A stretch of DNA of 61,396 nt, counting the filler, from Nemertoderma westbladi (taxonomy: Eukaryota; Animalia; Xenacoelomorpha): NCBI GenBank assembly GCA_032718475.1. It is 3 parts of 3 records of this genome, joined end to end, with 100 filler letters (N's around TTAATTAATTAA, not from the genome) between each part and the next. Parts side by side here need not be neighbours in the genome. Positions count along the whole stretch, not along the records: positions 29,000 to 48,304 come from JAUCBJ010008453.1; positions 48,405 to 61,396 come from JAUCBJ010004108.1; 1 more part is not named here. The stretch is one strand, 5' to 3'. The notes below the pieces were generated by a model. That model was given only the letters and a program-made list of their open reading frames with translations. It searched no databases and was not told the origin of the DNA. Shown in pieces: positions 46,201-58,125 of this stretch (positions within the stretch are counted from its first letter, which is position 1; the number at the start of each line of letters is the position of its first letter). The position numbers were made by a program, and so were the translations under genes.

Positions 46201-48304
46201 AGCGTATGGGATGGTCCTGGCCCCATTAACATGATATGGGGTTGAATCTGGTTTTAATTGGATGGCCATTGAAGGGCCTGACATTGGTGGTAATGAGCTA
46301 TCATCGAAGACATCAGAATATTGTAATAAGAACTGTTCTCTTGTTGAATCTGTTGAAATGGTTCTAGAAGCTGTTGAAACTGCCAAATTCAGATGGTTAG
46401 GCCATTTTGGATGCAAGAGTCCAATGTCACGTAGTGTTTGACGACAAAGAAGTGGGTCAGTGAGTTTTTTATAGACATGGACTTGGATGTTATAAGTATT
46501 GTCATTATAAAGAAGTTCGCAAGTAGCAATACCCAGGCTAGGAATTGGCCGACCATCTGCCAGTTCAACAGGGTGATTGTCTGGTGAGAGGTTATCTTGA
46601 TGTCCCCCAAGTCGCTTGTATAAATTGTAATTTATGGCATTGTAATCAGACCCTGAATCTCCAATCCAGTGGACCGCTAATTCTGGGTTTCCAATGAGTC
46701 GGAGGTTGATCTTAATTGTTTCTTCCGTAACTTTAAGGGTATGTATACTTGCATATGACATTTTTAGGCGAAAGTTTTTATGATGGGGATTATGGTCTAT
46801 TTGCGATGATTTTGACCTACATACATTACTAAAATGACCTATTCTGCCACAATGAGGACATTGTTTGCCACTTGCAGGACAATTGCTTCTTAAATGTCGT
46901 TCTCCACCACAATGCCAACAAGTAGAATTTTGGTTCACGTAATTATTGGAAGCATCTGGTGTTTTAACTGGTCCTGCCAATTGGGCTGATTTTATAAATG
47001 TACTTCTTTGTTGTTTTTTATAAGCTGATATGTTTTTAAACCGGTTAATTACAGTTGTACCAGATAAAGAAGTAGAGGTTTTATGTGCAGCTTCCTCGGC
47101 TTTACAAATGCGAATTGCATCATCAATGGTAAGTTCTGGTGTTGAAAGGAGTTTATGTTGAGTTTCGTCATCGCAGATGCCAACTACGATCCTATCGCGA
47201 ATAAGTTCACTATTATGGAGTTGACATTGATGGCAATTGACGTCAAGTGCAAAATCTGAAGCCAAATGTAGTTCTCGTATAGAAGCTAAATATTCGTTAA
47301 ATGGTTCACCTTGTTCTTGTGAACGTTGGTAAAACGCCATCCGGTCCAAAAGAATATTTCGTTGTTGTCGAATAAATACTCGGACTGCCGTTATGAAATC
47401 ACTTAATGTTGGCTCTTCTGGGATAGCAATAATGCCACGTTGAATAAAACGTAATATTTCGTCATCGAAACATGACCGTATTGTTGCACGTTGTGTTTCA
47501 ATAGATTGGCGTGCTAAATGTTGACATTCATAGAAATCTGCCCACCTTTGTTCCCAATGCAAAAAGTCAGCAAAACTAGTAGTAGATACCAGTTGTGGGG
47601 CACTGGCGGTTGAAACAGGGCGTGGTGTTGGTGTTGTATTTCTGTCGGAAGTTGATGATGGCGATGGGTTGTCTTGGAGTCTTTTAAGTCGATTTGTTAA
47701 ACTAATGGAGACATCCATTATAACCTCCTGGAATTTCATAGAATTTTCTATTTCTTCCTCATATTCATCGTCATCAGATATTTTGTCTAAGATTTGTTGA
47801 TTAAAATCTTCGATTTTAATATTGTATGAATATAGTTTATCGCGGATGTTTTCTATGTTTTCGGAGTCCGCATTGGTGCCATCATTTAGGAATTGTTTCC
47901 CCTCTACTATTAGTTGTTTAGTATGTGAGCTAATGCCATTTCGTTGTTGTTTTAGTTTAGTCAATGTAGACGGCATTGTGGTTTTCGAATTAAGCAAATG
48001 ATGTATTGCAGTATTGTCCGAATAATTCTAAGGTTCCGATATTTCCAAGGCCCACAGCCTAGTGGTTTAGCAATACACTACTGCGCCATGATGTGTTGAT
48101 AGATATAAAAGCAAATACTCTGCATGATAATTAATTATTATTTCCACTGACAGATAGAGCATACTGACTGACACTGACAGTTATATACCGGTAGTACGAC
48201 CCGCCACCTATCTCCCTAAGACAAGTATTATAATTATATAATTATATAATTCATCAGTTTGAATTTCCCTCTCGCTCACTTTAAATCATTTAGATTGATA
48301 TCGT
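43296..48304 (-). mobile_element. Near full-length Ty3/gypsy LTR retrotransposon (Mag-like)
   Basis: 220-bp LTR TGAT...ATCA at 43296-43515; second LTR 48089-48304, cut 4 nt short by the gap; PBS TGGCGCAG ending at 48088; PPT GAGGGGGACG adjacent to 43516. Confidence 0.96.
43606..47976 (-). CDS. Gag-Pol polyprotein, single uninterrupted ORF
   Basis: Two CCHC knuckles, protease DSGS, RT (DARHGYWQ, TFITPWG, VVDD), RNase H (TDAS, ELELLA, DHKPL), integrase (HQG, TDGGPQ, SPYHPKANGHAE) in gypsy order; first ATG at 47976. Confidence 0.96.
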   Translation of the reverse strand: MPSTLTKLKQQRNGISSHTKQLIVEGKQFLNDGTNADSENIENIRDKLYSYNIKIEDFNQQILDKISDDDEYEEEIENSMKFQEVIMDVSISLTNRLKRLQDNPSPSSTSDRNTTPTPRPVSTASAPQLVSTTSFADFLHWEQRWADFYECQHLARQSIETQRATIRSCFDDEILRFIQRGIIAIPEEPTLSDFITAVRVFIRQQRNILLDRMAFYQRSQEQGEPFNEYLASIRELHLASDFALDVNCHQCQLHNSELIRDRIVVGICDDETQHKLLSTPELTIDDAIRICKAEEAAHKTSTSLSGTTVINRFKNISAYKKQQRSTFIKSAQLAGPVKTPDASNNYVNQNSTCWHCGGERHLRSNCPASGKQCPHCGRIGHFSNVCRSKSSQIDHNPHHKNFRLKMSYASIHTLKVTEETIKINLRLIGNPELAVHWIGDSGSDYNAINYNLYKRLGGHQDNLSPDNHPVELADGRPIPSLGIATCELLYNDNTYNIQVHVYKKLTDPLLCRQTLRDIGLLHPKWPNHLNLAVSTASRTISTDSTREQFLLQYSDVFDDSSLPPMSGPSMAIQLKPDSTPYHVNGARTIPYAYRDQIKLQLDDMEGKGIIERVTQPCNWCHPIVIVDKPHSTEKRMTVDLTHLNNQVNTVIHPCVTPKDAISGIQRGSSYFTTIDARHGYWQVPLDEKSRALTTFITPWGRYRYLRDPQGFVCAGDEYNRRTDAAFEGIQNFKKVVDDAIAYDNDYNKHLERVHQILQCARNNGITLSAKKFIFAKPEVKFCGYIINSDGWKTDPDKLKAIQDFPIPTNKTDLRSFLGLTQQFAEFIEVAKLTEPLRSLLTKQVEFLWDSNHQDAFNKTCKSLTDTPTLSFFDLRLPTKLETDASRTKGLGYALWQLDGSSWKLIQVGSRYLADVETRYAMIELELLAVVWATKKCQNFLLGTEFQLIIDHKPLLPFLNSYALNNVENPRLLRMLLKLQQFRFKATWVPGKEHKVADALSRAPIQHSNPEDEDGECHDTVSPSIRTLQAVDDFGIVALPNIGIDTIHSIATTDSEYKDLLEVIIAGFPDNKSILPIALHKYWGVRGELTTDNGIILKGARLLIPKALRGKILEELHSSHQGQERTKRRARQVVYWPNIDNDIDNKVSNCSSCRKYQSHLPSEPLISEPTPSLPFQSTSSDIFTFGGNDYLAFVDKLSGWPCLTRFHGSANSTKVIQSLRNWFPNVGVPQKLTTDGGPQYNSKRFTDFCKRWNIHHEKSSPYHPKANGHAEAAVKSLKRLVQKTAHLPDPEEALQRGLLELRNTPRIDGRSPAQILFGRPLSSFVVAHHHSFTADYQIAADKADANYKQYRNDYKDYYNRTAHSLTQLKVGCQVDIQNPRNHLWDKLGVIVAVGKRRDYMVRLGSGRIYWRNRRFLRPYNNSSKEQNIPTELQNQILMTPRRSTRKHSPVQRFGITT

Positions 48305-48404
48305 NNNNNNNNNNNNNNNNNNNNNNNNNNNNNNNNNNNNNNNNNNNNTTAATTAATTAANNNNNNNNNNNNNNNNNNNNNNNNNNNNNNNNNNNNNNNN
48401 NNNN
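48305..48404. other. Assembly gap with TTAATTAATTAA linker
   Basis: Directly visible. Confidence 0.97.
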
Positions 48405-49574
48405 CATTATAGACCACCTACTTATTAACTGATGTTCAGGTCCGCCCTCTAAGATCGCGTAGTTCCTTTCTGTAAACTGTTTACTAGCCATGTACTCATA
48501 ATGTTGTTGCCTATAACAACATTTGAAAAGCAAGAAAGAGAAAATGATTCCTAAATATATCACATCAACCTTAAAAAAAACATTCTTAAAAGTTTCATTG
48601 CGGAGGAGGTACTTATCTTTACCATTACCTTTACAGGTACCAAAACTAAATTAAATGTAGCCAGTTCCTCATGACGTTGTTGTGTGACAACAAGTGGAAA
48701 AACTGATATTACTCCTGAAGTATAAGACATATTCTCATAATTTTTGCATTGACTCTTTCCTTATGAAATTGGCCAATCGCGTGATTTTTCGTAGGAGCAT
48801 AGCTTTAGTGGTTTATCCAATGAGAGGCGCTCAAACATTTGGTAAATTTTAATGAGTTACACCTTTGTTTTTGATCTGTTACTATAAGCTATGTAAAAGA
48901 CAGCAGATTAGAAAAGATGCTGATTGGACAATGTCTTTAGATAGACAATTAAATAAGCTTTCAAATGATGTATTACAGTAAGTGTCTTGTCCTAATTGGT
49001 TATGGTTGATCAGGATTTTTGCTAATGTTGTTCCCTGACAACGCCATGCAGTAAAGGGTTTTAAGAGAGATGGTGTAATCAAACAATATGTGTGAGAATC
49101 GACACCAGTAACTCTAAGAGTAAAACTTACACCCCGGAGGTCACCAGTTCGATCCCACCAGGACGCCATTGCCGACTTTGCGAAACTGTCCCCAATTAAA
49201 GTTATATTAATATGAAACCACTCATTCAATCATAACCCCAATGGATTACGACCAAATAGATCAACAATAGCTCATACTACTAGAAGTGCTACAGTGTTTG
49301 GTTGAAGGAATTCACTCAAATCCCGCAGTACTGACCTTTGTGAACTTCAACTTCATGGAATACCAGAAGTAATCATTCATGGTTAGCTTTGGATTGTTAT
49401 ATTGTGACACAGAAGTTCAGGTACTCCCTCTGAAATATGCCACACCACTATCTAAGCAAAATAATATTTATTCAATTAACTATGATTTAATTAAATAACC
49501 AAAGTACCAAATGGTTCCATTTCCAAATTCCAAATAATTAGTAATTTCCATTAATTCCAAGTTTGATTCAGACC

Positions 49575-50675
49575 CATAACCTACTATATATACGACCCGC
49601 CAAGCTGCTGCAAGGCCTCTAAATTTAGTGGGCCAGTAATTTCTCTTAGATAGAATCCCTGAAACAATATGTCTAGCGCGTCGAAAGTACTTGTCCCTAA
49701 CTAAAATTATGTCCTCTTTCAGATGAGACACGTTCGTGGGGCCTTCGCGCAGCACGAAGTGAGCAAAGCCTTTAGCATATGGGCACCATTAACGAGTTGT
49801 CTGCCGTTAGTCAGAAGTCTTCAACACAATACTCGTCCTCCACTTGTGCCTCGTTGCGTTCGATCGTTTTTGACCAAACTTCAGATTCTTTCTAAACTTT
49901 TGACGGACTACATACGTACCAAGTTTCGTTTAAGGAATAACTGGAATAATTAAGGAATAACTGGAATAATTAAGGAATAACCGAGTTATTCGCGATCAAA
50001 AATTTACGACGACAGACGACGAGGACGACAGACAACTCGCCAATGGCACCCATATGCTAAAGCTTCGCTCACTTCGTGGCTCGCCCCACACATAAAAATT
50101 TAATAGCTCCAATAGTTTTCGAGATATGAGGAATTCCTGGCACCCATACCATATCATCAGCACTTTTCGAAATTGATAAAATTACTCAAAATACAACACC
50201 CGTAATGATTTTTGATTATCAAATTTGTGTTAGTTGAATTTTCGTGCCGCACATTGACACGTATCCAAAAAAGCCGTAATCAACAAGGTGCGATATTTTC
50301 AATTGTCATATTCGTGATCAGCATCCCAAAAAAACCACATGGTCATAAAATCAATTTGTTTTTGTGGTGATCTTTCATTATCATATTTCCCCTACTTGTT
50401 ATTTTCGCGCCCCAGGGGCAAAAATAACTGACTAATAACTAATATAACAAGATTTCTATGTTGTTATATTACAAAACTCTTCGATATGTTTGATGTAGGT
50501 AGAGGAATAAACCTTTCCAATGAAATCAGCTCATTCTAAAACCTCAGTAGCCAAACTGTAGGGCAAATTTACCACTTTTGAAAATGGAGCCACTTGCACT
50601 TTTGGTGCTAAAAATGAAAATTTTGCTTATAATCTTGCTTTCGATTACATATTAGCATAGTATGGTATGGTATCT

Positions 50676-50716
<41 letters not shown>

Positions 50717-51669
50717 GGATCGGCATGCTGCATTGCAGCTGCATTTTTAAGAATGCTGTGCCGGCTTGTCAACAAAATTGCACCGCCACAACTCCCTATC
50801 ACCCATGACATTTGCTAGATCATCCGCATCTTTAAGGCTAGTGTCCTTTAAGATGCGTCTCAAGAAAGTCATGGGCTGTCCACCATGCTTATTCAATCCA
50901 TGAGGCTGCCAAAGTACAAGATTATGCACTGGCTGGTCCTCACGGCGAAAGCAATGTCCTGCAAAGCGGAGGCGATTTTGTTCTAGTGTCAAGCTTGGGG
51001 GAACCAATGAGACACATCCAATGTTATATAGTGTCTGGTTGGAGATGTGTACATTGTACTTGACACAATGAACCCGGCGTAGCATTCTTGTGAATGTGCC
51101 ATCCAGAGATTTGGTGTCCTCAGTAGTTAGAGCCCAGCATGGACTCCCGTAGAGGAGTACTGGAACTACTGCTGCTCTAAATAACCGAAACTTAAGTTTC
51201 CGATTAATTCTCGGTGACTTCCAAATCCTGGAAAGCCTATTCAAGGCTGCCCATGCCTTTCCCTTACGTATTCGAAGGTCCTCACCTGACTTCCGGATCC
51301 ATGATCCCAGGTAACAGAAGTCATCCACATGCTCAAGCATACCATCCTTTGAGCTTTGAGATGGTATCTTAGCATAGTATGGTTTCATGGTTATACCCAA
51401 GTCTTTGAAAGGTGATGTATTTTGATTATTTTTATCAATTCCGAAAGGTGTTGATATGGTATGGAACTCCTCATATCTCGAAAACTACTGGAGCTATTCA
51501 ATTTTTATTTGTCTCATCTGAAAGAGAACATAATTTTAGTTAGGGACAAGTACTTTCGACGCGCTAGACCCATTGTTTCAGGCGTTCTCTCTAAGAGAAA
51601 TAACTAACTGGCCCACTAAATTTCGGGACTTTGCTGCAGCTTGGCGGGTCGTATCTATAGTAGGTCATG
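49575..51669. mobile_element. Non-autonomous DNA transposon with long imperfect TIRs, hosting two nested insertions
   Basis: 49575-49729 plus about 50091-50170 is the inverse of about 51420-51669 (e.g. CTAGCGCGTCGAAAGTACTTGTCCCTAACTAAAATTATG). An insert with its own inverted repeats occupies about 49730-50090. Confidence 0.75.
50678..51360 (-). mobile_element. 5'-truncated RTE-clade LINE
   Basis: DFCYLGS, IWKS, VLLYGS..W, RMLRR, RLRFAGHC motifs; (TAG)n 3' tail; 11-bp TSD ATGGTATCTTA at 50667-50677 and 51361-51371. Confidence 0.9.
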
Positions 51670-51780
51670 TCAGACCATAGACTATATGAATAATACTCAC
51701 AACCAATAGAAACATCATGTAAAGTTCGCAGTAAACCAGATCCACAAATGGTGGGATAATAATTGATGTTACTATTAATC

Positions 51781-53034
51781 CTACAATTCACCAGCTAAAT
51801 AAACCAAATGAGAACCAATCAGAAACCTACAACTTTCCCCGTTAACAACGTAAAGCTGCTCAGCGTCGACAACAAAAGTTGAATCACCGGGAATCTCGAT
51901 AGTTCCCTTTAGCGGGTCGCTAAACATCGGTAGACGACGGGGACCGAGAGTCGAATCCTCGAACCTACAGATTCGAACCTTCGAGTTCGATAAACCGAAC
52001 CGAGCGATGCGATTCGCTACCGAGTCTCCGGTCTCCCCGTCCAACACAATGACGTCACGGGAGAAGCAGCCCACATGCGGTTGGCGGTTAATCGCCAAGA
52101 CAACAGCGGACGCCGGGCAGGAGAACTCGGAGAACGGTTTCCCGGGGCAACACTCGTCGCGGATTCGATCACCGGCGTCCGCGGAAAATTTAACGAGAAT
52201 ATTATCGATCTTCAAGGTGCTGCGCAAATAATAAATATTTAATTCTAGAATTAGCTTTTCGTCGATATCAGAATGGATATCTAAAGCTTTTACTCCTAAT
52301 TTAGCAAATCTTTCTTTTACTATGGCGACGAAAGGCATTGATTTCTTTGAGTATCTCTTGAGTTCGGGGACTGCAGACAAGGATTTAGCGATGAGTTTAT
52401 TCTCTGGGAAGTCGTCGTTATTCTCCCTGACTAGTCGACGCAGTAGGTTGAGTATGGCGGCCTGCCAGGGCGGGTAGACCTCGGCGACGTAGACCACCAA
52501 CCGACCCGGATGCGACTTTCCCGGCTCCCCCCGGCGTCCCGGCTGTACGAAACCCCGCAGTCGCAACCGCAGGTCGTGCACCGTCTCCGCGAGATACTCC
52601 CCTTGCGCCAACACGACCCCGCTGTACTCCTCCACTAGCGGCCAATCCGCGCGGAGTATCGAACCCTCCCGCCCAATCAGCGTCCAGATGTGCTCGCACA
52701 CGTGCGGGCATATCGGGGACAGCAGTAGAACCTGCAGCTCGATGAACATGCGGACCAACTCGCGATGCATCCCAGTGGAGCAGCAGACCTCCCTGTACCG
52801 GTCCCGCGCCGTCTGGAACTCGAAGAACCCAGTTCGTAACGCCTCTTTATACATTGTCGCGTCGTAGAATCGCGTCGTCTCCGACACTCCTCGTCGCATC
52901 TCCGCGTCGAACATCCGATCCGCGAACATCTCGTCGATCGGCCCTTCGCGAAGCCCGGACTCCGAGGTCAGCGTTTCCTTCACCCAATCCAGGAAGGTGT
53001 TGAGTCGAAGGATCGCAACTTCCGCGGTTTGTAT
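51781..53034 (-). CDS. LARS1: Cytosolic leucyl-tRNA synthetase, terminal exon (anticodon-binding and C-terminal domains)
   Basis: TTCCAG acceptor; IQTAEVAILRL...YKEALRTGFFEFQ...LLSPICPHVCEHIW...YPPWQ...CCPGKP; phase 0. Confidence 0.96.
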   Translation of the reverse strand: MQTAEVAILRLNTFLDWVKETLTSESGLREGPIDEMFADRMFDAEMRRGVSETTRFYDATMYKEALRTGFFEFQTARDRYREVCCSTGMHRELVRMFIELQVLLLSPICPHVCEHIWTLIGREGSILRADWPLVEEYSGVVLAQGEYLAETVHDLRLRLRGFVQPGRRGEPGKSHPGRLVVYVAEVYPPWQAAILNLLRRLVRENNDDFPENKLIAKSLSAVPELKRYSKKSMPFVAIVKERFAKLGVKALDIHSDIDEKLILELNIYYLRSTLKIDNILVKFSADAGDRIRDECCPGKPFSEFSCPASAVVLAINRQPHVGCFSRDVIVLDGETGDSVANRIARFGLSNSKVRICRFEDSTLGPRRLPMFSDPLKGTIEIPGDSTFVVDAEQLYVVNGESCRFLIGSHLVYLAGEL

Positions 53035-54224
53035 CTGGAATAATAAGAAAAGAAATAAAGTTTCGTTAATAAATTAACGATTATGGTACATCGCCAACTA
53101 CTAACTGTAACCTGTCCATGTCCAAGTATCATTAACACAAGCACGTCGAAGGCCATACATTATCATTCATTAGCGTCTGTCTATTCTCCGCTAAATATAA
53201 CATCACCATCTACCAATAAATTATCCACATAAAGAACGAATATTGGCTGTGTCGAGTCAGTCTGAAACAATTAACAACTCAATTTAGTCAAACTATGACA
53301 AGACGACTTTATTAGGTATTCATTCCCATTTAGAATTCAAATAAATTGGTCGCGAACTTTTTATTAGTTCCTGTCTGATGATGGCCCTAACGGCAGAAAT
53401 TAATTGAGAAAGAGTCACTGCTTTTATTACGATTACAACATAATAGAGTGATCGCCAAATGTCACAAAACTCACGTTGTTTTACGCTGCTTTGTCCTACA
53501 TCTATAACATAAAATTAGGAAAATTATGTTCAGACAATACGTCATTTATTTCAACACACTCGTTAACTGCGTCCAATTGCTAATGCTTCCCATTGTTAAT
53601 TATAACCAGTTTATCGAACGATATAGGTAAAAGTCAACGTTACAACGATATTACTTTATTACTATAATACTTTATCAACGATATTATTTATTCTATTTAA
53701 TAAATACACAATATTCTGGAACAATTTGTTTATGTATGATTAGCTATGCAATATAGATATCGTATAGGAATTCCGCTGTTGCCAACCAACTCATAAAATA
53801 GATAAAACCGTTCTAGAATTTTGTGTATTTATTAAATAGAATAAATGGCCTTCAGCGAACAATAATTCTTGCAATCTTTGAACGCCTATATCTCAGCTGT
53901 TTCTCAACGAAATTCAGATATTGTTACATATTTTATTAATAAAGAATTTAAAGGGGAAATCGAAAATTCCGGCTTCATGGTAACAACCACGGTGAGTTGA
54001 ACTAGTTGTGTTTCAAATTTCAAGCAATATGATAAAGATTTGTAGAAAAATTGGGGGGGGGGGGGGGGGGGGGGGGGTCCGTGTCATCAGAAAATGACAC
54101 TATATTACGGGTCATGGTGTATTTGGGAAACAGTCAGATACAATAGGATTTAATGTACGTTCAGTTGAACAGCGCAAAATAATATCAGTTGAATAATAAT
54201 TAATCTGACCACACAAACACAGAC

Positions 54225-54656
54225 CTGGAAGTTAGCGTCGTCCACCGAGTCCCCCGAGTCTGCCAGCGCTAGTCGCGTCGCGTCTGCTGAGAAAGCCTCC
54301 AAGGCTTCTGTAAGCGTGAGGAAGTTACCGGTACTTTTAGACATCTTCTCGCCGTTGAGTAGAAGATGACCGTTTGCGCGGACACTGCGGGGCCAGCGGT
54401 CCGGCTCCGAGGGCCACATAGCGACGTGGTTATAGAGGAAGTAGGTTAGATGATTGGGGACGAGGTCCTTTCCGGAGGTGCGCATGTCTACCGGGTACCA
54501 GTAGGCGAACTCCCGTCGCATCGCGTCGAGCGTAGCGAGCGGGATCCCGCAGTCGTTGGGGGGAGTCGGGGCCGAGGAGAAGAAGACGTAGTCCCAGACG
54601 GCGGGGGTCAACAGGTGAGCGGCCACGGGTCCTGTAGAAGAGTCGTAGGAGCCGCC
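54225..54656 (-). CDS. LARS1: Leucyl-tRNA synthetase internal exon with KMSKS motif
   Basis: GGSY...[19 protein letters not shown]...[12 protein letters not shown]...DDANFQ; AG/GT boundaries, 432 nt, phase 0/0. Confidence 0.97.
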
Positions 54657-55364
54657 CTGAAAATAGTCAATAAACTTCCTCAGATAAGAGTTAATAAGAA
54701 ATTAATAAGAATGTGTTACATTTTTACAGCAAAGTGAGTAAAGTACACTTCGGAGTTACTTGAAGTCCCGCTTATTACAGCTGAGCGGATGAAAAAAACT
54801 GAAGAAGGATATAAGCCAGGAAAAAGCTTATTCTTTCAAAATGTTCGCGTAACTTTACAGCGAAGAAATTGTATCATTAAAAATAAAATTTTTACCAAAT
54901 ATCAAAATATAAATTAAAATAAAACATTTTGCAAGTTATTATATAAGTTTATTGTTTATGTAGACCAAGATCTAACTAGATGAGTAATAGAGGGAATGTC
55001 AATGAGGCGTTCAAAATGCAAGTAATACAAGTGGTGGAAAATTTGTACTATAAATTTGTCACACTATCTGAGCCATAACCTCTTACAGTTTTTTTTGGAA
55101 AATTTTTGTGATATTTTCAAAATCATAATCCAAATTTTACAACACAAAAGCAAAGTTTCACAATCATTTTCAAAGTGCATTTTCCACATTAATAAGTCAA
55201 CATTTTGACATGAAGTGGTAACATTATTATAGTTAATATTTCTCTGAATTAAAAATAAGGTTTACAACAATATTGGAAAAACATCAATTAATAATGATAG
55301 AGGAGAGTCAATAAACAACAAAAATAATCGACCCACGAATTTGTTAGGGCCACTAAAATGGTTA

Positions 55365-58125
55365 ACTGGTACACCCATGGTGTTCTATAAGTCTACTGGT
55401 AGACCCATGGTGTTCTATTACTCTACTGGACACCCATGGTGTTCTATAACTCTACTGGTACACCCATGGTGTTCTATAACTCTACTGGTAGACCCATGGT
55501 GTTCTATTGCTCTACTGGTACACCCATGGTGTTCTATTACTCTACTGGTAGACCCATGGTGTTCTATTACTCTACTGGTACACCCATGGTGTTCTATTGC
55601 TCTACTGGTACACCCATGGTGTTAAATAACTCTACTGGTAGACAGACCCATGGTGTTCTATTACTCTACTGGTACACCCATGGTGTTCTATAAGTCTACT
55701 GGTAGACCCATGGTGTTCTATTACTCTACTGGACACCCATGGTGTTCTATAACTCTACTGGTACACCCATGGTGTTCTATAACTCTACTGGTAGACCCAT
55801 GGTGTTCTATTGCTCTACTGGTACACCCATGGTGTTCTATCACTCTACTGGTAGACCCATGGTGTTATATTACTCTACTGGTACACCCATGGTGTTCTAT
55901 TACTCTACTGGTACACCCATGGTGTTCTATTGCTCTACTGGTACACCCATGGTGTTCTATAACTCTACTGGTAGACCCATGGTGTTCTATAACTCTACTG
56001 GTACACCCATGGTGTTCTATAACTCTACTGGTACACCCATGGTGTTCTATAATTCTACTGGTAGACCCATGGTGTTCTATTACTCTACTGGTACACCCAT
56101 GGTGTTCTATTACTCTACTGGTACACCCATGGTGTTTTATAACTCTACTGGTAGACCCATGGTATTCTATAACTCTACCCTTACACCCATGGTGTTCTAT
56201 AACTCTACTGGTACACCCATGGTGTTCTATAACTCTACTGGACACTCATGGTGTTCTATAACTCTACTGGTACACCCATGGTGTTAAATAACTCTACTGG
56301 TAGACAGACCCATGGTGTTCTATTACTCTACTGGTACACCCATGGTGTTCTATAACTCTACTGGTACACCCATGGTGTTCTATAACTCTACTGGACACCC
56401 ATGGTGTTCTATAACTCTACTGGTACATCCATGGTGTTCTATAACTCTACTGGACACCCATGGTGTTCTATAACTCTACTGGTACACCCATGGTGTTCTA
56501 TAACTCTACTGGACACCCATGGTGTTCTATAACTCTACTGGTACACCCATGGTGTTAAATAACTCTACTGGTAGACAGACCCATGGTGTTCTATTACTCT
56601 ACTGGTACACCCATGGTGTTCTATAACTCTACTGGTACACCCATGGTGTTCTATTACTCTACTGGTACACCCATGGTGTTCTATAATTCTACTGGTAGAC
56701 CCTTGGTGTTCTATTACTTTACTGGTACACCCATGGTGTTCTATAACTCTACTGGTACACCCATGGTGTTCTATAACTCTACTGGACACCCATGGTGTTC
56801 TATAACTCTACTGGAAGACCCAAGGTGTTCTATAACTCTATTGGCACACCCATGGTGTTCTATTACTCTACTGTTTCACCCATGGGGTTCTATAACTCTA
56901 CTGGACACCCATGGTGTTCTATAACTCTACTGGTACACCCATGGTGTTAAATAACTCTACTGGTACACCCATGGTGTTCTATAACTCTACTGGTACACCC
57001 ATGGTGTTCTATAATTCTACTGGTACACCCATGGTGTTCTATAACTCTACTGGTACACCCATGGTGTTCTATAACTCTACTGGTACACCCATGGTGTTCT
57101 ATATCTCTACTGGTACACCAATGGTGTTCTATAACTCTACTGGTACACCCATGGTGTTCTATAACTCTACTGGTACACTCATGGTGTTATATAACTATAC
57201 TGGTACACCAATGGTGTTCTATAACTCTACTGGTACACCCATGGTGTTCTATAACTCTACTGGTGCACCCATGGTGTTCTATAACTCTACTGGTGCACCC
57301 ATGGTGTTCTATTACTCTACTGGTACACCCATGGTGTTCTATAACTCTACTGGTGCACCCATGGTGTTCTATAACTCTACTGGTACACCCATGGTGTTCT
57401 ATAATTCTACTGGTACACCCATGGTGTTCTATAACTCTACTGGTACACCCATGGTGTTCTATAACTCTACTGGACACACATGGTGTTCTATAACTCTACT
57501 GGTACACCCATGGTGTTCTATAACTCTACTGGTACACCCATGGTGTTCTATAACTTTACTGGCACACCCATGGTGTTCTATAACTTTACTGTACACCCAT
57601 GGTGTTCTATAACTCTACTGGTACACCCATGGTGTTCTATAACTCTACTGGACACACATGGTGTTCTATAACTCTACTGGTACACTCATGGTGTTCTATA
57701 ACTCTACTGGTACACCCATGGTGTTCTATAACTTTACTGGCACACCCATGGTGTTCTATAACTTTACTGTACACCCATGGTGTTCTATAACTCTACTGGT
57801 ACACCCATGGTGTTCTATAACTCTACTGGTACACTCATGGTGTTCTATAACTTTACTGGCACACCCATGGTGTTCTATAACTTTACTGTACACCCATGGT
57901 GTTCTATAACTCTACTGGTACACCCATGGTGTTCTATAACTCTACTGGACACACATGGTGTTCTATAACTCTACTGGTACACCCATGGTGTTCTATAACT
58001 CTACTGGTACACCCATGGTGTTCTATAACTTTACTGGCACACCCGTGGTGTTCTATAACTTTACTGTACATCCATGGTGTTCTATAACTCTACTGGTACC
58101 CCATGGTGTTTATAACTCTACTGGA
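55365..58125. repeat. 30-bp minisatellite in LARS intron (CTACTGGTACACCCATGGTGTTCTATAACT), about 90 copies
   Basis: Tandem units with an internal ACACC-CAT-GGTGT inverted repeat; source of the many repetitive ORFs. Confidence 0.97.

Noticed and set aside
51361-51400. N-terminus MGITMKPYYAKIP of the LINE ORF
   Set aside because: Lies at or beyond the target-site duplication, so it is flanking DNA and not part of the RT.
53686-53846. 36-bp inverted repeat in the LARS intron (similar pair at about 39615-39957)
   Set aside because: Consistent with ordinary MITE debris; nothing further supports function.
55341-58125. Repetitive ORFs (MVFYNSTGTP)n and possible CRISPR
   Set aside because: Products of a 30-bp intronic minisatellite with frequent 1-bp indels; no spacers.
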